The notes under the pieces were generated by a model. That model saw only the letters and a list, made by a program, of their open reading frames with translations. It did not search any database and was not told the DNA's origin. From Salinivirgaceae bacterium (GTDB lineage Bacteria > Bacteroidota > Bacteroidia > Bacteroidales > SZUA-534), in NCBI GenBank assembly GCA_024405635.1, contig JAKSOL010000004.1, positions 32,001 through 96,000 of the forward strand: 64,000 nucleotides of DNA, given 5' to 3'. This document shows positions 58,601 through 64,000 of the stretch, in pieces; the first letter of the stretch is position 1, and every line of letters begins with the position of its first letter. Both the position numbers and the translations under genes were made by a program.

Positions 58601-61600
58601 ATGGTAGTGGCACTGATCAAACAACCACCATTACTTATGGTCAGCCAATAAGCCCAATTGCCAATCCAACTGCTCCAGCCGATTACGACTTTGTAGGTTG
58701 GAACACCAACGCATCGGCAACTTCGGCCATTACATTTGACAATAATTACACAGCACCTGCTTCAAATGTCGATTTTTACGCCATTTATGCAATGAAAGGT
58801 GCTGCACAATACACTGTTAATCATTACAAACAAGACCTTGGCGCAACAACCTATACTTTGGCAAACTCGCAAACAGGTTCCGATATTCAAGACCGTTTGA
58901 CAAATGCAGTGGCCGAATCGTACGAGGGTTTTGCAGTTCAACCATTTGACCAAAAAACCATTACAGCCGATGGCAAAACAGTAGTTGACATTTACTACAA
59001 TCGCATTAGCTACAACCTAACTTGGGATTTTGCTGGTGGCACTTCAACCAACAACAACTACACCCAAGCAGGTGCTGTGCAATATGGCGCAACCATTGTT
59101 GCACCAACCCTAAGCCGCACAGGTTACGAAATGAGTTGGGCTACTCCTATTGCTAGTACCATGCCAGCCGAAAATGTTACATACACAGCAAGCTGGAATG
59201 CTAATAGCTACACCATTAGTTGGTTGATGAACGACGGAACAAACGATGCGTTTACTTCAACCTCAGTTAAATTTGACAACGATATTACTGCTCCAGCAAC
59301 AACTCCAACTCGCACTGGATACAACTTCAATGGTTGGGCTTCGTCTTCAAACGGCGCAGTGATTTCCAACTTTGGCAAACTTGCCACCACAAACGCAGTT
59401 TCGTACTACGCAGTGTGGTCAGCTAAACAATTTACTGCAACTTGGCACAAAAACGACGGCTCAAATGCTACTTCAACCACAAGCATAGTATTTGGACAAA
59501 CTGTTGAGCCAATTGCCAATCCAACTGCACCAACCGACTATCGTTTTGTAGGTTGGGGAACTTCAGCCGATGCAACTATTGCTATAAACTTTAACAATTA
59601 CACAGCATCAACCGACGTCGATTTCTATGCTATTTATGCAATGAAAGATGCTGCACAATACACAGTTAACCATTATCAGCAAGACCTTGGCAAAACAACA
59701 TACACTTTGCACCGCACTCAAACTGGTTCCGATATTCAAGACCGTTTGACCAACGCTGTTGCAGAGTCGTACGATGGCTTTGCAGTTCAACCGTTTAGTC
59801 AAAAAACTATTGCAGGCGATGGTTCAACTGTGGTTGACATTTACTACAACCGCATTAGTTACAACTTGGCTTGGGAGTTTGCAGGTGGAACACCAACAAA
59901 CAACAAATATACTCAAGCGGGAAGCATTCAATATGGTGCTGTAATTACCGCTCCAACTCTAAAACGCACAGGCTATTCTATGGTTTGGAACAATCCTATT
60001 GCTGCAACTATGCCTGCTGCCGATGTAACATACACTGCCGAGTGGAGTGCAAACGAGTATTCGGTTAAATGGATGATGAACGATGGAACAAACGATGTTC
60101 ACACTACATCGTATGTTTTGTTTAACGACAACATTGTGGTTCCTTCGGGTATCCCAAGTCGCGATGGTTATACTCACGCTGGTTGGAGCGATAGCAAAAC
60201 AGGCTCTGCTCTTACCGATTTTGGTAAACTAACAACTGCTGCCGACAAATCGTTTTATGCCGTTTGGGCTCCAAACCAATACACCGCAACTTGGCATTTG
60301 AATAATGGTTCTGACGAAACACAAACTAGTACAATAGTTTATGGTCAGCCAATTAGCCCTATTGCTAATCCAGCTGCGCCAACCGACTATGTTTTTGTAG
60401 GTTGGAATACCACCGCATCGGCTACAACAGCCATCACATTTAACGAGAGTTATGTTGCTCCTGCTTCAAACGTCGATTTTTACGCCGTTTATGCAATGAA
60501 AGGATCAGCGCAATACACAATTAACCATTATAAACAAGATTTAGGAGCCGATACCTACACCTTGGTAAGCACCGAAAAAGGTTCCGACATTCAAGACCGT
60601 TTGACAAGTGCACAAGCCGAATCGTTTGAAGGATTTGCAGCTCAAGACTTCGATCAACAACTAATTGCTGGCGACGGAACTACAGTGGTTAATATTTACT
60701 ACAATCGTATAAACTACAGCTTGACTTGGGATTTTGCCAATGGCACTCCAGTTGATGACAATTACACCAAATCGGGCAATGTGCAATATGGTGCAGCCAT
60801 TGTTGCTCCAACACTAAACCGCGTAGGTTATTCAATGGAATGGGATTCCCCAATTGCCGAAACAATGCCATCAAGCGATGTTTACTACACTGCACAATGG
60901 ACAGCTAATAACTACTCTGTCGATTGGATGTATAACGATGGAACTAGCCAACTATTCACAACAACAAATGTTGACTTTGACGAAAACATTGTAGCTCCAA
61001 CCGAACAACCAAGCCGCTTGGGTTACACTTTTGCTGGTTGGTCAAACACTCAAGACGGCGAGGCTGTAACCGACTTCGGAAAACTTACAACAACCAATCA
61101 AGTGTCGTTATATGCTACTTGGACAGCCAATAGCTACACCGCAACTTGGTTCAATAACGATGGTACCGATGACCAAACAACCACTCAAGTTGAATTTGGC
61201 CAATCTATTGTTGAGGTTGCTTCTCCTTCTCGCGAGGGTTACACCTTTGCAGGCTGGGGCGATGCAGCTAATGCTGAAACTGCCATTTCTGACTTTGGTA
61301 CAATGACAGTTGACGGTGCCGAATTCTTCGCTTTGTGGACAGCAAACAACTACGAAGCAAACTGGTACAACAACGATGGAACCGACAATAAAACAACCAC
61401 TCAAGTGGCATACGGACAACCAATTGAGCCAATTGCCGACTTGGAGCGCGAGGGATTCGCATTTATTGGCTGGGGACACGAACTTACTAGCGTAAGCAGC
61501 ACTATTGTAACCGATTTCGGTACAATGACTACCAACGGCGCTGATTTCTATGCAGTTTGGGAAAAGAACATTTACACCATCTCATGGTTTATAAACGATG

Positions 61601-63246
61601 CAGCCGGCTCAATGGTCGAAAGCAAAGCAAGTTTCAACGACGAAATAGTAGCGCCTATCACACCAATGATTACAGGATTTGCCTTTAATGGTTGGAGCAA
61701 GAGCGTAAGCGGAACAGTGGTTGATCTTTCGCAAGAGCGCATGCCAAGCCACAACGTGTCGTACTATGCAAGTTGGACTCCATGCAACTACACCATTAAT
61801 TGGTACAACAACGATGGAACCGACGATGTTCTAATCACCGAATTTGAATTTGGTCAACAAATTATAGCTCCTGAAAGCCCTACTCGCAAAGGTTACTTGT
61901 TCGCCGGTTGGGGAACCTCTGCCGATGCAGTTGAACCTCTTGCCGATTTGGGTACAGTAACCGTAAATGGTGCCGATTTTTATGCCATCTGGACTGCAAA
62001 TAGCTTTGCTGCAGTTTGGAACCTTAACAATGGTACCGACAGTTGCATAGTCAATACCGTAAACTTTGGCGATATTATTGTTGCTCCTGCTAATCCAATC
62101 CGCACAGGCTACAATTTTGTTGGTTGGGGCATATCTGCCGATGATTCTGAGCCACTTGCAAACTTTGGTACAATGACAACCAACGGTGCAACATTCTACG
62201 GCATTTGGACCAAAAACTCATACAATGTCGAATGGATGTTTAACGACGGAACCGACAATAAACTACAAACCGCAGTTGCATTTGGCGACAAAATTATAGC
62301 ACCAGCTAATCCTTCGCGCGACAATTACGTGTTTGCCGGTTGGAGCAACAGCGCTAATGGCAATGTGATAACCGACTTTGGAACAATGCAAGCCGACCAC
62401 TTAACATTCTACGCTAAATGGACCTTTGCTAACTCCGACTTTGACGACGACGGCATTTGCGACCTAAACTGCGATATTGATGGTGACGGTATTCCTGACC
62501 TTAACATCGATACCGACGGCGACGGAAAAGCCGACAAAAACATTGTCGATATTAAAGAATTGCTAACCTTCGACGTGGTTGACTATTTCACAACCTGCGA
62601 GTTTGAAGATGATATTGAATTGACTCCAGTAAGCGATTCAAAATACATGAACTACGTTGATTACACCTTCTCAATTGGCGATGCAAATTGTAGTGCAAAT
62701 GGTACAAGCATCAGTTTGCCAAGCGATGCAAACATTAACGACACCGTTACCATTACTTCGCAAATTGGTACCAGCCACTTGAGCAAACAAGTTGCTTACT
62801 CAATCAAACAACGCATTATAGCTACCATGTGGGACGATGTTGTAAGCGTAATCAACACTAACCATCAGTTTAACTCATACGTTTGGATGCACAATGGTAA
62901 AGAGGTTGGCACCAAACCGTTCTATCAAGAAGTGGGCGGTATAACCGGTCAATATTCGCTTGTGGCAACCAAAACCGATGGCAGCGTAGTTTACTCGTGC
63001 GACGAAAACTTTGGCTCAGCTCAACAACTAGTTGCTTATCCAAACCCTGTTGTCGATGTAGTTACCATTGCTGGTGGAACTTGGCATAGCGACCAAATAA
63101 TTAAAGTGTACAGCGCTAGCGGTGAGTTGGTTCTTGAACAACAAGCAACCGATGGTGAAGAACAAAAAATCGACCTATCGTCGTTGCCTCAAGGATCGTA
63201 CTTAATAATGATTGGAAACAAATCGGTTAACGTTGTAAAACAATAA
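55618..63246 (+). CDS. Giant (~2540 aa) T9SS type A CTD surface protein with BspA-like LRRs and InlB-B-type repeats
   Basis: ATG 55618 with signal peptide MNLKNKLVFALMLCASAVFA; IPATVT..IG..AF LRRs, LYSKDKK; GW/YAVW repeats; AYPNP..LSSLPQGSYLI..VVKQ; TACGTTTG -7 box at 55582. Confidence 0.88.
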   Translation: MNLKNKLVFALMLCASAVFAQVEESSTDFGEGIAYDYDYYSNGEEAGGVYFKLDASTLQATVVAGPFQYRGDVVIPATVTVDGKTYAVTTIGKMAFCNCLELNSVKLGDNVETIKTQAFYIADNATSGSARPFFMDLDAPKLKTLESNCFYSTYVIGNTDINGNAVTSNTATNSVIKIGKNVQTIGSGIWQWGGGNYAQKFVVDPENQYYCTDEYGILYSKDKKTLVIAPRYLKLAMGNPTTFEYNIPETVTLVHSFAFYFVSTNNWLSLTGLDGISSITSCTVGSAIKSLNIGRNVKTVNIGGIMYSGYTDYTVSEGSPYFTVIDHVLYKLNSSGQPSELVHVSRASRSDTVRLPATVTSIGTYAFYSNQYVKGIDCSKATNLTSIAETAAHGAKFEIEYSNLPPGDNSPIYVDQYGIQYSKDRKKMLLWSSNVKADTVILPVELTTISVSALRENNYIQHIVMGKNVSSIADQTFNHRFANLKSFSVDPNNKNFKNDESGALYSKDGKKLRCFPRGNDSLTYKVLQGTTELPRYKVFSGNKNLQIIDLGNTMTKVDEQTITDIPNLSLIRVGTKNPPHAYLSSFSSNMYGRVRLYVPKEFERYYETASIWNKFVIIKDLAEYEKDVETLEIEVPVEIYEENIDDNDYTFASTKNGYKVVFREWTNYDMETYKEGFTIKRPIQQKQINRGGQAISIYAIRNRYNVSWKVGDTEVSSASLKYGAQIYPPVDPAAPVDYKFIGWSTNASATSAINFSDVYTVPANNITFYAIFVKKDAANYTVNHYKQDLGAKTYTLVSTQTGSDIQDRNTNAVAESYEGFTVVPFSQKVIAGDGSTVVNIYYNRNSYSLGWNFADGTPSDQNYTKSGSVQYGAALVAPTLLRTGYDMAWETTIPSTMPAQDVTYTAVWTAKEYPIKWMMNDGTDVVYSSGNVNYGTDIVAPAVNPSRVGYTFEGWSDSENGAVIANLGKMNTTSQVTYYAVWTIKQYTATWHLNNGSGTDQTTTITYGQPISPIANPTAPADYDFVGWNTNASATSAITFDNNYTAPASNVDFYAIYAMKGAAQYTVNHYKQDLGATTYTLANSQTGSDIQDRLTNAVAESYEGFAVQPFDQKTITADGKTVVDIYYNRISYNLTWDFAGGTSTNNNYTQAGAVQYGATIVAPTLSRTGYEMSWATPIASTMPAENVTYTASWNANSYTISWLMNDGTNDAFTSTSVKFDNDITAPATTPTRTGYNFNGWASSSNGAVISNFGKLATTNAVSYYAVWSAKQFTATWHKNDGSNATSTTSIVFGQTVEPIANPTAPTDYRFVGWGTSADATIAINFNNYTASTDVDFYAIYAMKDAAQYTVNHYQQDLGKTTYTLHRTQTGSDIQDRLTNAVAESYDGFAVQPFSQKTIAGDGSTVVDIYYNRISYNLAWEFAGGTPTNNKYTQAGSIQYGAVITAPTLKRTGYSMVWNNPIAATMPAADVTYTAEWSANEYSVKWMMNDGTNDVHTTSYVLFNDNIVVPSGIPSRDGYTHAGWSDSKTGSALTDFGKLTTAADKSFYAVWAPNQYTATWHLNNGSDETQTSTIVYGQPISPIANPAAPTDYVFVGWNTTASATTAITFNESYVAPASNVDFYAVYAMKGSAQYTINHYKQDLGADTYTLVSTEKGSDIQDRLTSAQAESFEGFAAQDFDQQLIAGDGTTVVNIYYNRINYSLTWDFANGTPVDDNYTKSGNVQYGAAIVAPTLNRVGYSMEWDSPIAETMPSSDVYYTAQWTANNYSVDWMYNDGTSQLFTTTNVDFDENIVAPTEQPSRLGYTFAGWSNTQDGEAVTDFGKLTTTNQVSLYATWTANSYTATWFNNDGTDDQTTTQVEFGQSIVEVASPSREGYTFAGWGDAANAETAISDFGTMTVDGAEFFALWTANNYEANWYNNDGTDNKTTTQVAYGQPIEPIADLEREGFAFIGWGHELTSVSSTIVTDFGTMTTNGADFYAVWEKNIYTISWFINDAAGSMVESKASFNDEIVAPITPMITGFAFNGWSKSVSGTVVDLSQERMPSHNVSYYASWTPCNYTINWYNNDGTDDVLITEFEFGQQIIAPESPTRKGYLFAGWGTSADAVEPLADLGTVTVNGADFYAIWTANSFAAVWNLNNGTDSCIVNTVNFGDIIVAPANPIRTGYNFVGWGISADDSEPLANFGTMTTNGATFYGIWTKNSYNVEWMFNDGTDNKLQTAVAFGDKIIAPANPSRDNYVFAGWSNSANGNVITDFGTMQADHLTFYAKWTFANSDFDDDGICDLNCDIDGDGIPDLNIDTDGDGKADKNIVDIKELLTFDVVDYFTTCEFEDDIELTPVSDSKYMNYVDYTFSIGDANCSANGTSISLPSDANINDTVTITSQIGTSHLSKQVAYSIKQRIIATMWDDVVSVINTNHQFNSYVWMHNGKEVGTKPFYQEVGGITGQYSLVATKTDGSVVYSCDENFGSAQQLVAYPNPVVDVVTIAGGTWHSDQIIKVYSASGELVLEQQATDGEEQKIDLSSLPQGSYLIMIGNKSVNVVKQ
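57950..61100 (+). repeat. About four tandem ~850-bp (~285 aa) super-repeats inside the LRR giant protein
   Basis: YT(V/I)NHY(K/Q)QDLG..GSDIQDR recurs at ~57951, 58807, 59656, 60511. Confidence 0.85.
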
Positions 63247-63250
63247 GACA

Positions 63251-64000
63251 ATGAAAATGAATAAGATTATACTTTCGGTTGCATTGTTTTTTATAGCAGC
63301 AACCATCAGTGCTCAAGAAAACCAATTGTTGCACGTCGATTTAGGAACCGGACTACACACCTTGCAAGGTAAAGCCGCCGATGGCGACCATGGTCCACAA
63401 ATGGGCTACACCTTTAATCTTGGTTATCGCTATTTTATCGATGCCAATTGGGGCGTTGGCGCTGGCTTAGGCTTATCGAGCTACGCGGGAAAAACAACAT
63501 TTAACTTTGTTGAGCAAAGCGAGGCTTTTGACCCAAATGTATGGGTAGGTGGATCAAACTATTCGTTTAATACTTACTACAAAAACTTTGTTGAAAAACA
63601 GAGAGTTACTCAACTCGAAATTCCAATTGTTGCATACTACCGCATGCGCGACATTTCGCGTGGCTGGGACTTTGTAAGTAACATAGGCTTTAAGATAGGA
63701 GTGCCTGTTGTTAAAAAGTACAAACTTAAAGATGGAATGTACGAAACAAAAGGATATTACGATTCAGTTTTTGTAGAGCTCGACACATTGCCAAATCATG
63801 GTTTTTATGTGGTTGAGGCCAATAAACAGAAAATAAAGAGCCAATGCAAAAACTTTAGTCTATCCATTTGTGGCGAGGCTGGATTGCAACGTGTAATTAG
63901 CAAAGGAGTTTATGTTTATGGTGGCGTTTATTTTAGCTACAGCTTGTTAAGCTTGGCACAAAACAACAACAAACCACTTGTGTCGCCCAATGGAACATAC
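63251..64000 (+). CDS. Outer-membrane beta-barrel protein, paralog B (partial, runs off window)
   Basis: Manual translation MKMNKIILSVALFFIAATISAQENQLLHVDLGTGLHTLQGK..., clearly paralogous to 41373-42251; not in ORF track. Confidence 0.85.
   Translation, partial: MKMNKIILSVALFFIAATISAQENQLLHVDLGTGLHTLQGKAADGDHGPQMGYTFNLGYRYFIDANWGVGAGLGLSSYAGKTTFNFVEQSEAFDPNVWVGGSNYSFNTYYKNFVEKQRVTQLEIPIVAYYRMRDISRGWDFVSNIGFKIGVPVVKKYKLKDGMYETKGYYDSVFVELDTLPNHGFYVVEANKQKIKSQCKNFSLSICGEAGLQRVISKGVYVYGGVYFSYSLLSLAQNNNKPLVSPNGTY

Noticed and set aside
33-63000. Numerous short 60-180 aa ORFs overlapping the called genes
   Set aside because: Antisense or alternate-frame shadows of well-supported CDSs with no recognisable motifs.
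42256-63246. Diversity-generating retroelement acting on the giant proteins
   Set aside because: No reverse transcriptase, and repeat differences are not adenine-specific.

Overview
Chromosomal window from a Bacteroidales-type bacterium, judged by TAnnTTTG promoters, T9SS cargo and Bacteroidetes-type TamB/MreD. The housekeeping backbone comprises mutS, an Ala/Gly symporter, purH-mreBCD-mrdA-rodA, tRNA-Asn and tamB/tsaD-uppP-cysE-thpR. Two defence islands interrupt it. Island 1 (13.1-22.1 kb, next to tRNA-Asn) is a type I R-M locus. Its hsdM, hsdS, fic2 and much of hsdR are almost free of CpG, and it carries two Fic genes and a RAYT-like transposase with REP-like hairpins. Island 2 (30.1-39.4 kb) is the most unusual region. 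It is a cassette-like array of four divergent YhcG/DUF1016 PD-(D/E)XK genes, each preceded by a copy of a ~50-60 bp direct repeat. Each gene carries a different DNA palindrome at the same 9-codon position. A fifth repeat leads into a switch-like structured leader and a two-gene helicase/MTase (Eco57I-like) system. The right third holds two divergent paralogous modules, each a giant repeat-rich T9SS surface protein plus an outer-membrane beta-barrel, flanking three unrelated genes. All counts and alignments were done by eye; no database searches were run.
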